The notes beneath the pieces were generated by a model. It saw only the letters and a list, made by a program, of their open reading frames with translations. It was not told the origin of the DNA and did no database searches. From contig NC_016070.1 of NCBI RefSeq assembly GCF_000253055.1, forward strand, positions 90,001 to 122,000: a stretch of DNA of 32,000 nucleotides. The letters run 5' to 3'. The DNA is from Thermoproteus tenax Kra 1. GTDB lineage: Archaea; Thermoproteota; Thermoprotei; Thermoproteales; Thermoproteaceae. Positions 9,899 through 18,860 of the stretch are shown piece by piece. A program made the translations under genes and the position numbers. The first letter of the stretch is position 1. Every line of letters begins with the position of its first letter.

Positions 9899-9945
9899 GC
9901 CACGCTCGAACGGCTAAAGTTAAAAACGTTGGCTTCAGAGCCGCC

Positions 9946-10710
9946 GTGAAGATAGTATTGACCAACGACGACGGCCCCCACTCGCCCGCGCTACGCTCGA
10001 TAGTTAAGCTCTTGAGCTCCCAAGGACACCAAGTGGTAGTGGTAGTGCCCGAGAAACAGAGGAGCGCAGCAGGCTTTGCGAGGACGTACCACAAGCCCCT
10101 CAGAGTCAGGAAAGTCGGAGATATCTACGTCACAAACGGCTATCCGGCCGACGCAGTATTTCTGGCGTTGAAGCTCTTGGCCCCAGACGCAGAGTTGGTG
10201 CTAAGCGGAGTCAACGTAGGCGAGAACATCGGGTTTGAGTCCACCTACGGTAGCGGCACAATCGCGGCGGCCGTCCAAGCGGGTATATTGGGCTATAAAG
10301 GCGTGGCCGTGTCCATGGAGGACGGCGCCAAATGGGAGCTCGTGGCCTCGGCGCTTTCGGCGCTGGTCGACGCCGCGGCGGAACAATGGAGCGAGGGATT
10401 AGTGGCTGTGTCCGTCAACGTGCCGAGCTGTTGGAGCGGCGCCGTCGAGAGCCCCAAGTCTCTAGCGCTAGGCGTCTTCTCGGAAGCTCTCCACAGAGGT
10501 AGAGACCCCAGGGGAGAGGAGCTATACTGGCGCTGGGGACCCAGAGCGGACGCATTTCCTCCTGACACCGATGCCTACGCCTTCTATGTTTTGAGGGCTA
10601 TAACGGCCTTGGGCATCTGTACACACGGCGTATGTTCGGTCAGAGAGATAGCAGAGGAGATAAAGAGAAGGCTTGCCCTCCCGCCGGACCCCCACTGCGG
10701 CGGGAGTTGA
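9946..10710 (+). CDS. surE: 5'/3'-nucleotidase SurE
   Basis: (V)KIVLTNDDGPHSPAL is the SurE N-terminal signature. GTG 9946 lies about 25 nt downstream of ctaaagttaaaaac. The track start at 9799 overlaps FAU-1 and is probably not used. Confidence 0.9.
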   Translation: MKIVLTNDDGPHSPALRSIVKLLSSQGHQVVVVVPEKQRSAAGFARTYHKPLRVRKVGDIYVTNGYPADAVFLALKLLAPDAELVLSGVNVGENIGFESTYGSGTIAAAVQAGILGYKGVAVSMEDGAKWELVASALSALVDAAAEQWSEGLVAVSVNVPSCWSGAVESPKSLALGVFSEALHRGRDPRGEELYWRWGPRADAFPPDTDAYAFYVLRAITALGICTHGVCSVREIAEEIKRRLALPPDPHCGGS

Positions 10711-10747
10711 GCATATGCAAAGTTAATTACCTCCCGTCAGAGGGACC

Positions 10748-11941
10748 GTGAGTTGGCTGAGAGGAAACGTTGGCGTTATGATAGTTTCGTGGTTCCTCTT
10801 CGCGATATCTAACGCGCTGACCTTCCCCTATCTTTCAAAGTATATGCAACTAATGGGCGCCTCAGATGTAGACATAGGAGTGGCCGCCTCGTTGAGCTCA
10901 TTGGCCAACATGTTGGCTGTCCTCCCCGGGGGCGTCCTCACTGACGCAATAGGCAGAAGGAGGTCGATTATAATAGGCACGTGGGGGATCACGCTGACCC
11001 AGTTTTTGTACATGCTTGCACCCAACTGGTGGATATTCATGGCGGTCTACATTGTAGATTCAGCTCTCCATTTCTATCAACCAGCTCTGGCTGCAGTATT
11101 ATTGGACTCGTTGCCGCCCGAGAGACGCGGCGGCGGTATGATGTTGACGGCCGTTCTTCCGCAGATACCATGGCTCTTTCTGCCGCCTATAGGCGGATAT
11201 CTTTTGGATAGGTTCGGCCTCCTTGGCATGAGGCTCTCCTTCATGATATCTGGCGTCATATCGGCCAGTGTGGCTCTGTTCCGCATGAGGGCGTTGAGGG
11301 AGACTATAGAGGTGAGGAGAGTGGAGCCCAGGAAAATTGTCGCCATGTCTGTCGAGTCCTTGGAGTTCTGGAGGGGATTCGGCGAGCTTGACGCCTTTGT
11401 GAAATACGCAGTCGTCATGGGACTAATATCGAACTTTGCTGCAGTGCCGGCGCAACGCTTCGGCGTTCTTTACGCCACGGAGGTCTTGGGACTCGACAAT
11501 ACCCTCTGGGGAGTTCTGCAGAGCGCGTTGGCGGCGGTAGCCATAGTATTGGGCGTAGTCTTAACTCCAGTGATAGACAAGGCTCCGAGAGACGCGGCCC
11601 TCTTAGCCGGGACTGCGCTTTCAGCTGTCGGCTTCTTTGCGGTGGGCCTATGGCGCTCTGTAGCGGTCTTTGCGGTCGCCTTGTTGATGATAAACGTGGG
11701 CCTCGAGGTTATGACCGCAATAAGGCGCGCTGTAATAGGCGATAGGGTGAAGCCCAACAGCAGAGGGAGGGTGATGGGCCAGAGTCTGGCCTTTGAATAT
11801 ATGGGCGTGGTGTTTGGCGGCTTCGCCGGCGGTCTGTTGTACTCTCTATCGCCCCCTCTCTCGTTCCTCGCGTCCTCAGTTCTACTATTTGCATCGTCTT
11901 CATATCTGCTTCTGTATATTGCTCGCTCCCCTCGAACATAG
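10748..11941 (+). CDS. MFS-type transporter
   Basis: 397 aa, about 12 TM segments, and an MFS loop motif GVLTDAIGRRRS between TM2 and TM3. GTG start. Confidence 0.8.
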   Translation: MSWLRGNVGVMIVSWFLFAISNALTFPYLSKYMQLMGASDVDIGVAASLSSLANMLAVLPGGVLTDAIGRRRSIIIGTWGITLTQFLYMLAPNWWIFMAVYIVDSALHFYQPALAAVLLDSLPPERRGGGMMLTAVLPQIPWLFLPPIGGYLLDRFGLLGMRLSFMISGVISASVALFRMRALRETIEVRRVEPRKIVAMSVESLEFWRGFGELDAFVKYAVVMGLISNFAAVPAQRFGVLYATEVLGLDNTLWGVLQSALAAVAIVLGVVLTPVIDKAPRDAALLAGTALSAVGFFAVGLWRSVAVFAVALLMINVGLEVMTAIRRAVIGDRVKPNSRGRVMGQSLAFEYMGVVFGGFAGGLLYSLSPPLSFLASSVLLFASSSYLLLYIARSPRT

Positions 11942-12017
11942 AGGGAGACTACGTGCGGGCGAACGCTGGCCAAGAGGCTAGTGGAATCTATATATTCTCC
12001 TTGGAGGGTATATCTAC

Positions 12018-13190
12018 GTGGATGTGTTTCTCGCCGTCGCGGGCTCGCCCGACATCTCCGACGATGTGAAGAGATCTTACTACCAAGAGTACAGCGGCCA
12101 GCTCAAAGCTCTCGGCGTGTCCCTATCGCAGACCTCAGACATAGCGTTGATAGTTGCAATAACGGGAGGCTCTGAAAACGAGATAATGGCCAACGCTAGA
12201 CAGTACAACATAATAGTGGCGTGGCCCCACTACAACTCGCTGCCCTCGGCTCTGGAGGCGGCGGCAGCGCTGAGGGACTCCGGCAGATACACGAAAGTGA
12301 TCGCGCTATCGGCGCCCAAGGCGCATCTGGGAGACGGCGTTATAAAGATCCTGAGGCTTATGGAGCTGATAAAGGCCGGCACACCCCGCTTTGGGCTAAT
12401 AGGATCCCCGAACCCATGGCTCGTCTCGAGCAACATGAGCCTAGTGACGACAGATCAAATAACTATCGACGAGAGTTTAGCGGGCCTAGATATCAACGCA
12501 GGCCTAGTAGACGCCAGGCTCCTATTGAGGGGCGCTGTATCGAGCGAGTACGACGAGAGACAGATAGCTCCGGCGACCGCATACGCAAGAAGGCTGTTGG
12601 ACATAGCCAGATCGCGCGGTTGGGACGGGCTGACCTTGGGATGTTGGTGTTTCGACATAGGCTCCATCAAGAGGAGGGGGTGGACGCCGTGTATCTCGTT
12701 GGCCCTCCTCAACCAGATGGGGATGCCAGCTGCTTGCGAGGGAGACATGAGGGCTCTGTACTCAATGTACGTCTTATCTAAGCTCGCCGGCGGCCCGGCG
12801 TGGATGAGCAACGTCAACTACGCCGAGGGCGACCTGCTGGTCTTGACCCACGACGGGGCACCTCCAGCGATGGCCGAGGAATACTCGATCGTGCGGCGGA
12901 GCATAACCAACGCACCTGCGGCGATCAGAGCGAGGTTCCCCACGGGCATTACAGTGACGTTGTTGAGAGTTTCCGCCGATTTGAAAAAGGCGCTGTTATT
13001 GAAGGGCATCACAATAGAGCCGGAGAGAGTGGAGGCCTGCGCAACGCAGATAGGGGTCAAGTTGGTGGTGGGCACTGCGCGCGACGTAATTGAGGCGGGC
13101 CTCGGCAATCATTTGGCCTTTGTCTTGGACGACGTCTACGAAGAGGCGAGAGATTATTTAATCCATTTGGGCGCGAGAGTAATTCCGTGA
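12018..13190 (+). CDS. L-fucose/L-arabinose isomerase family-like protein
   Basis: 390 aa. The central region ...GWTPCISLALLNQMGMPAACEGDMRAL... resembles the catalytic core of fucose-isomerase-like proteins. GTG start. Confidence 0.55.
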   Translation: MDVFLAVAGSPDISDDVKRSYYQEYSGQLKALGVSLSQTSDIALIVAITGGSENEIMANARQYNIIVAWPHYNSLPSALEAAAALRDSGRYTKVIALSAPKAHLGDGVIKILRLMELIKAGTPRFGLIGSPNPWLVSSNMSLVTTDQITIDESLAGLDINAGLVDARLLLRGAVSSEYDERQIAPATAYARRLLDIARSRGWDGLTLGCWCFDIGSIKRRGWTPCISLALLNQMGMPAACEGDMRALYSMYVLSKLAGGPAWMSNVNYAEGDLLVLTHDGAPPAMAEEYSIVRRSITNAPAAIRARFPTGITVTLLRVSADLKKALLLKGITIEPERVEACATQIGVKLVVGTARDVIEAGLGNHLAFVLDDVYEEARDYLIHLGARVIP

Positions 13191-13235
13191 TGTATCCATC
13201 CGCTTGGGACATAATGACCGGAAAGAAGCCTCTGA

Positions 13236-13502
13236 TCAGACGCACTCGTAATTGATTACGTCTCTCAATAACTGGAAGACTAGACACCTCTCCTCAGCCC
13301 CTGTGCAAGGGCCTCGGCAAGCGACGCGGTACCCCTGAACCTCGCACGACACAACCACATCCCCAACCGTGTCGGCATTTTTCACACCTACGCCATAGGC
13401 CAACGCGGCGACGAGGAGCTCTAGGGGGGATAGGCTCGTAGGAACCTCCTTGTTGTTGACGACCAAACGCCCGCGTAAATACCGAGCTTCGACACTCTTC
13501 AT
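13236..13502 (-). CDS. small OsmC-like (possibly truncated) protein
   Basis: 88 aa. SPLELLVAALAYGVG resembles the OsmC/Ohr core, but the protein is much shorter than the usual ~140 aa. Confidence 0.35.
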   Translation of the reverse strand: MKSVEARYLRGRLVVNNKEVPTSLSPLELLVAALAYGVGVKNADTVGDVVVSCEVQGYRVACRGPCTGAEERCLVFQLLRDVINYECV

Positions 13503-13528
13503 ATATTTCCTTTTGTGAATTTACTTTT

Positions 13529-14089
13529 ATGGATTCAATAGGATTGATTGCAGCTCTGGCCATACTTATAGGAGCGTGGTACGCTATTGCATCATTGATA
13601 GGAAGAAGAATAAATATAAAATCTATAAAGAAATGTAATGAACTATGTTTAATTGAAAAATATTTAGTGACAGGTACTTCTTTCTTCGTAGAATTTAAAT
13701 GCAATTGGGCAAAATATCTAGGGGTTTTTGTCCAGAGACTTCCTTGGGATAATCCATTAAATCTTGTAGCCAGTTTGATATCTCTAAGGAAGCCTATGGC
13801 GATTGTCAAAGCTGAGTTAGATGCGCCAATCCCCTGGAGTCTGGACATGTCCAGCAAGGGGGCTCTGGGACATGCCGAGGAGATAGATGGATTTTTTGTG
13901 GTGAACAGAAACACGCCTAAGAGCTTAGTTAATGAGCTTGTCGATGCATGTAAAAAGTTAGGAATAACAAGGTTGATTTTGGGCGGAAGGCCGCCAATCC
14001 AGCTGTTTGTGCAATCAGACGACTGCGCTAGAGTCCTTCAATTATCGGAAAATATAATTAAAATTATTGCTAAACATACAAAGAAGTAA
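13529..14089 (+). CDS. hypothetical N-terminally membrane-anchored protein
   Basis: 186 aa with one N-terminal hydrophobic helix (IGLIAALAILIGAWYAIASLIG). It lies in the most AT-rich part of the window. I prefer it over the antisense ORF 13294..13914. Confidence 0.5.
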   Translation: MDSIGLIAALAILIGAWYAIASLIGRRINIKSIKKCNELCLIEKYLVTGTSFFVEFKCNWAKYLGVFVQRLPWDNPLNLVASLISLRKPMAIVKAELDAPIPWSLDMSSKGALGHAEEIDGFFVVNRNTPKSLVNELVDACKKLGITRLILGGRPPIQLFVQSDDCARVLQLSENIIKIIAKHTKK

Positions 14090-14118
14090 TACTTAAAAAT
14101 AAGAATAAGATAGCTCCT

Positions 14119-15909
14119 ATGGGTTTCTTTGACACCCCGGCCCCGTATATATTGGCTGGATTAGTATTATATTTTATTACATATATGACGTATTCAAAAT
14201 ATATAGATAGAAAGATATGGAGCGCCGATCCCAATAGACCAACTCCGGCGAGGATGTATTTTGACGGCGTAGAGTATTTCCCAGTATCTAAGTACGTCTT
14301 GTTCGGATATCAGTTCAAGTCAGTCGCAGCTCTGGGCCCCATCGTGGGCCCGTTGACCGCCGTATTGTTCTACGGTTGGGTTCCGGCTCTGCTCTGGGTG
14401 ATTTTCGGCAATATGTTCATTGGGTGGGTGCAAGACTATTCGGCCATGATGATGTCCATAAGGAGCGACGGCAGATCTATGGGGCCGATAACATACAAAC
14501 TGCTCGGCGGAAGGGCCAGGACCATCTTGTTGGTATATTTGATATTCTATCTCATAATAATAACCGCCGTATTTGAGTGGACCATCGTGGACGTGCTTAA
14601 TAGAGTTCCCGGCACATTTACCGCTGTGTTGTTCGTGCTGTTGGGAGGCATAGTCTTCGGCCAACTGGTCTTCAGAATGAAGATGGACGTGCTAAAGGCC
14701 ACGGTAATAGCCTTGCTCATAGTTCTTGCAGGATATTTCTTGGTGGCCTTTGTGCCAGCGGTGAGGAGCCCGCCGACGAACTTCTTGGACAATCCAGCCA
14801 CGTTGAGCCGCTTTCCGGCACCTAAGGGCGTTAACCCGGCCACTTTGACGTGGCCTGGAACATCTACAGCTTTGTTCTGGTTGATTGTAATTTCCGTTAT
14901 CTACCTAGCGGCCTCTCTGACTACTATGCCTAAGTTTCTACTGCCTACCGTCTATGTAGGCTATCTGCCGTCAATAATAGCGCTTGTACTGGTCCTAATA
15001 GCGGCCATCGCCACTCCACTGACAGGTCTCACAATCCAACAGACGTCCCTCAAGGCACTCTACGTGGATCCCCTAGTTAATCCCCAAGGAGGTCCGATCT
15101 GGCCAATACTCTTTGTTACAATAGCGTGCGGCGCAATATCGGGGTGGCATAGCCTGATCTCCTCAGGCCTCACTTCAAAACAGCTCGAGTATGAGACAGA
15201 TGCGTTGCCCGTCGGCGGAGGCGCCATGATGACCGAAGGCGCCGTGGCCCTCTCGTCGATAGCAGCTATGATGGTGTTAGCGGCTCCGCCGCTAGGGGCC
15301 GCCGCCTATGTGGTAGGCGCTACCACGCTTACGTCAAAGCTTCTGAACGTTCCACCTATATTTATGAGTATATTGTACGGCATATTCGTCACAGTAATGG
15401 GCCTAATAACATCTATGTTGTTTGTCAGAGTCTTCAGGCTCACTATGGCGGAGCTTTTCGAGAGATCTCCTCTAGGTAATAAGTATATAGCTACTTTGAT
15501 TATACTTATATTAAGTGGCTTTTTGGCCTTCGTAGGATCTTGGACCAACTTGTGGATATTCTTTGGTGGAACAAATCAGTTGTTGGCGGCTCTTGCCCTC
15601 CTACTTGTAGCTATATTCCTTGTCAGCCAGAAGAAGCCGTCGACGTACGTATTCATACCGGGCATATTTATGGCAGTGACTACCCTCGCGGCTCTGGCGT
15701 GGGAGACCTACGTCTATGGGCTATACGCTGTATTGAACAAGCCAATAGGCGTTCAGGCTGCGGCTGCTATGTTATATGGAAACTGGGTCGTAAGTGTGTC
15801 GAACTACATCTCAGCGGCATTCGGCGCATTGCTATTAATACTAGGTATTATAATGACATACTACTTAATAAAAGGCTGGTTAAGCTACAGAGCTGAAGCC
15901 AAAAAATAA
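14119..15909 (+). CDS. cstA: carbon starvation protein CstA family transporter (peptide/pyruvate uptake)
   Basis: 596 aa and polytopic. The N-terminal region ...FGYQFKSVAALGPIVGP...GWVPALLWVIFGNMFIGWVQDY is characteristic of CstA. Confidence 0.9.
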   Translation: MGFFDTPAPYILAGLVLYFITYMTYSKYIDRKIWSADPNRPTPARMYFDGVEYFPVSKYVLFGYQFKSVAALGPIVGPLTAVLFYGWVPALLWVIFGNMFIGWVQDYSAMMMSIRSDGRSMGPITYKLLGGRARTILLVYLIFYLIIITAVFEWTIVDVLNRVPGTFTAVLFVLLGGIVFGQLVFRMKMDVLKATVIALLIVLAGYFLVAFVPAVRSPPTNFLDNPATLSRFPAPKGVNPATLTWPGTSTALFWLIVISVIYLAASLTTMPKFLLPTVYVGYLPSIIALVLVLIAAIATPLTGLTIQQTSLKALYVDPLVNPQGGPIWPILFVTIACGAISGWHSLISSGLTSKQLEYETDALPVGGGAMMTEGAVALSSIAAMMVLAAPPLGAAAYVVGATTLTSKLLNVPPIFMSILYGIFVTVMGLITSMLFVRVFRLTMAELFERSPLGNKYIATLIILILSGFLAFVGSWTNLWIFFGGTNQLLAALALLLVAIFLVSQKKPSTYVFIPGIFMAVTTLAALAWETYVYGLYAVLNKPIGVQAAAAMLYGNWVVSVSNYISAAFGALLLILGIIMTYYLIKGWLSYRAEAKK

Positions 15910-15940
15910 ACATTTTTAACGTACCCTCTTTTCTCCTTTT

Positions 15941-16189
15941 GTGGGAATCCTCAACAGGATAAGAGAGGTAATCGAGGGAATGGCGGTGCATGGACAGGCG
16001 GCCTCAATTCTTAAAATCAAGGCACAGATAGATAATTTATTCATGATAATAACACTCGGCGACATGTTAGGCATACCGCTACTGCCGCCGTATTACTCGC
16101 TTAGGTTGCTCCCCTATATGTTCCCCAACATACAGAGTTGGAAAATGTATATGCTTAGGGAGAGAGACGTCACAGATATGATAGCATGA
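15941..16189 (+). CDS. small conserved protein, paralog A (82 aa), first gene of the ATPase operon
   Basis: Shares the core LG(D/E)(M/F)LGIPLL..YY..RLLPY...K..ML.E.D with ORF 18158..18421. GTG start about 25 nt after catttttaa. ATGA overlap with the next gene. Confidence 0.65.
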   Translation: MGILNRIREVIEGMAVHGQAASILKIKAQIDNLFMIITLGDMLGIPLLPPYYSLRLLPYMFPNIQSWKMYMLRERDVTDMIA

Positions 16190-17187
16190 TAGGGCTCAAG
16201 GGCCTTCTGGAGAGAAAGCCTAAGCTTAAGGTCATTATATATGCCGGTAAGGGAGGCCTCGGCAAAACGACTTTAAGCGCGGCGACATCGCTATTGTTAT
16301 CTAGGGACAAGCGGGTCCTAGTCTTCAGTACAGACCCTCAAGCCTCCCTAAGCGATGTCTTTGAGCGCGACGTCTTTGGAAAGGGTGAGGTCCAGATAGC
16401 AGAGAACCTCTATGTATTAGAGATAGATGCCGATAAAAGAATAAATGAGTATGTGACATCTATAAAAAGAAAAATAATTGATATGTATAAGTTGGATAAA
16501 CTGCCGCCAGATCTAGAGGAGTATATAGATAGCGCGGCCGCGGAGCCTGCTATGTACGAGAGCGCGGTGTACGACGCCATGGTCGACGTCGTTTCCGAGG
16601 GAAAATACGACTATTATATCTTCGATATGCCGCCGTTTGGACACGGAATAAGGATGATCGCGATGGCCGATATCTTGAGTAAATGGGTCGAAAAGATCAC
16701 CGAGCTGAGGCAACAAGCCTACGACTACGGCAGAGTGGCCTCGTCGCTCAAGCGCGCTAAACTCACGTACGAAGACGAAATACTCAAGGAGCTGCAGTAC
16801 ATAAGAGATAGAATAGTGGCCTTCAGAAATATAATAACTAACAGAGAGAGCGCATCGTTTATGGTGGTTGTAACTCCCGAAAAAATGAGCATACTAGATA
16901 CGGAGAAGGCCATCGAGATGTTCTCCTCTCTCGGCCTAGAGGTGTCCGGCATTGTTGTAAACCAAGTCTATCCCCCCGAGCTCTCTAAGGACCCCAGGAC
17001 GCCTGAGTACATAAGGAACAGAATAGAAGAGCAGAGGAAATATATGGATGAGATACGGCGTAAGTTCGGCGACTTGGTCATTTCAGTTGTGCCTATGTTG
17101 AACAGAGAGCCCAAGGGCCTCGAGGCGCTGTCCATAGTGGCCAAAGAGCTCTGGTCCCCAAGCAGACCGTTTGAGGAGTACCTATGA
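16186..17187 (+). CDS. ArsA/Get3 (TRC40)-family P-loop ATPase, motif-complete subunit
   Basis: Deviant Walker A GKGGLGKTT, STDPQASLSDVF and switch II FDMPPFGHG. 333 aa with no cysteine at all. Confidence 0.9.
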   Translation: MIGLKGLLERKPKLKVIIYAGKGGLGKTTLSAATSLLLSRDKRVLVFSTDPQASLSDVFERDVFGKGEVQIAENLYVLEIDADKRINEYVTSIKRKIIDMYKLDKLPPDLEEYIDSAAAEPAMYESAVYDAMVDVVSEGKYDYYIFDMPPFGHGIRMIAMADILSKWVEKITELRQQAYDYGRVASSLKRAKLTYEDEILKELQYIRDRIVAFRNIITNRESASFMVVVTPEKMSILDTEKAIEMFSSLGLEVSGIVVNQVYPPELSKDPRTPEYIRNRIEEQRKYMDEIRRKFGDLVISVVPMLNREPKGLEALSIVAKELWSPSRPFEEYL

Positions 17188-18161
17188 GGGCGTTGTTGAA
17201 CTCAAACACTAAGTTCTTCTTCTTCGGCGGAAAAGGCGGCGTAGGGAAGACGGTGGTCTCGGCGGCTGTGGCTCTGTACTTCGCCGATAGGGGAGAGAAG
17301 ACTTTATTGGCCAGCTTCAACCCGGTCCACTCGCTGTCGTCGCTGTTCCAACAGGACTTAAGCGGCGGCGATATCAAGAAGGTGGTTGGGCTTGAGAACC
17401 TATACGCAGTGGAGGTAGAAATCGACGACATAATAACGAAATATAAGGAGAGGGTCAGCACGCTGTTGAGAGAGCTGTTCAAGTGGGCCGAGCTACCGGT
17501 GGACACAAAGCCGTTGGTCGATATAGCGACGACGAACCCGTCTTTCCACGAGGCGGCCGCCTTCGACAAGATGATGGACGTAGTGTTGAACCAAGGGCAG
17601 AACTTCTCGCGCATTATATTTGATATGGCCGCTGTGGCCAACGCCGTGAGGCTGATAGGGCTTTCAAAGCTCTACGGGCTGTGGCTTCAGAGGACTATAA
17701 AGATGAGGCAGGAGGCCCTATCCTTGAGATACCAGCTGGCGTTTAGGAAGGAGAAAGTTATGGAGGAGATAAAGAAGGATCCCGTATTAAACGACTTGAT
17801 AAATCTTCAAGAGAGATATATTAAAGTTAGAGAAGTATTGAAGGATCCCAACATGACTCGGTTTATCTTTGTAACTATTCCCACGATGTTGTCAATATCT
17901 GTTGTGAAGAGGTTCATAGATATGGTAAGGGCGTACGAGATACCCATAGGCGGCGTGGTGGTCAATATGGTCATCCCGCGGGAGGAGGCAGAGAGAGACC
18001 AGACAGGCTTCCTTAAGTCTAAAAGCGAGGAGCAAGCCAAGAACTTGGAGCTTATAGACCGCTATTTCGGCGACTTAGTGCTGAGTAGAGTAAAACTGTT
18101 CCCAGAAGATATAGTGGGTATAGAGAGATTACGTCAATTTGTCAATGAGCTTATCAAATGA
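17184..18161 (+). CDS. ArsA/Get3-family P-loop ATPase, motif-degenerate subunit
   Basis: Walker A GKGGVGKTV is intact. The TDP motif reads SFNPVHSL (Asp to Asn), and switch II reads FDMAAVANAV, with no P..GH. There is no cysteine. ATGA overlaps at both ends. Confidence 0.9.
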   Translation: MRALLNSNTKFFFFGGKGGVGKTVVSAAVALYFADRGEKTLLASFNPVHSLSSLFQQDLSGGDIKKVVGLENLYAVEVEIDDIITKYKERVSTLLRELFKWAELPVDTKPLVDIATTNPSFHEAAAFDKMMDVVLNQGQNFSRIIFDMAAVANAVRLIGLSKLYGLWLQRTIKMRQEALSLRYQLAFRKEKVMEEIKKDPVLNDLINLQERYIKVREVLKDPNMTRFIFVTIPTMLSISVVKRFIDMVRAYEIPIGGVVVNMVIPREEAERDQTGFLKSKSEEQAKNLELIDRYFGDLVLSRVKLFPEDIVGIERLRQFVNELIK

Positions 18162-18421
18162 AAATTAAACAGATAATATATGATTTCTTATTTGGAGCTT
18201 TTTATCTAGATCTCTATAAGGAAGTTGCAAAGATCCATAAACAATTGTTGTTGGTTACAGAGTTTTTGGTCTTCGGCGAATTCCTGGGGATCCCCCTCCT
18301 CAGCTCTTACTACGCGATGAGGCTGTTGCCCTATTTCGTCGGAGAGCTATACGATTTCAAGTCCGAGATGCTCAAGGAGAAGGACCTCTTCGAGGAGATA
18401 GCGCACGTGGATGTCCACTGA
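18158..18421 (+). CDS. small conserved protein, paralog B (87 aa)
   Basis: Paralog of 15941..16189 (FGEFLGIPLLSSYYAMRLLPYF...KSEMLKEKD). ATGA overlap with the preceding ATPase gene. Confidence 0.7.
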   Translation: MKIKQIIYDFLFGAFYLDLYKEVAKIHKQLLLVTEFLVFGEFLGIPLLSSYYAMRLLPYFVGELYDFKSEMLKEKDLFEEIAHVDVH

Positions 18422-18860
18422 AGAATACTCTTGGCACACAATAGCTGTCGGCAATAGCATCCTGGGCGTGTATAACTTTATAGTGCTTGCGGCGCCTCCC
18501 GACTGGAAGCTCATTATTATGCCCATGGCCTCCGACATCTTCTCCTACGTGTCCAAAGACGGCGCCAAATGGGTGAGGGACGGCGAGGTAAAACACTTCA
18601 TAAAGGGGGGAAGAGAGTTCTTCGAGCTTGAGATCAAGGTCAAGCCGGGCAACAAGGCCAGAGCTGCCGGCTCTGCGGTAGAGTTCGGCGGCCACAGTGG
18701 AGTCTATTCAGTGGCCGAGGAGGGTCTTATCAAGAGGAAGAAGGCGTTAATAATAGAGGCCTATTGTCCCGAGACGGATAGAACGATCACAATAAAGATA
18801 AAGGGGGAGAGGGCGCCTCTAGAGGTCTTGAAATACGTTAAATTCAGTAGATGTCACTAA
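18411..18860 (+). CDS. hypothetical protein (149 aa), last gene of the ATPase operon
   Basis: Overlaps the previous ORF by 11 nt, consistent with translational coupling. No family recognised. Confidence 0.55.
   Translation: MSTEEYSWHTIAVGNSILGVYNFIVLAAPPDWKLIIMPMASDIFSYVSKDGAKWVRDGEVKHFIKGGREFFELEIKVKPGNKARAAGSAVEFGGHSGVYSVAEEGLIKRKKALIIEAYCPETDRTITIKIKGERAPLEVLKYVKFSRCH

Noticed and set aside
9799-9945. The upstream extensions of SurE (start 9799), the radical SAM gene (start 19814), the RAM protein (start 5863) and the dehydrogenase (start 28314).
   Set aside because: These extensions overlap neighbouring genes or contain the gene's own TATA box. The conserved family N-termini begin at the downstream starts, which have correct TATA spacing.
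16186-18161. Calling the two ATPases a bona fide arsenite efflux pump (ArsA).
   Set aside because: Neither protein contains a single cysteine. No ArsB/Acr3, ArsR or ArsC gene is nearby. A Get3/BagAB-like chaperone-type function is at least as likely.
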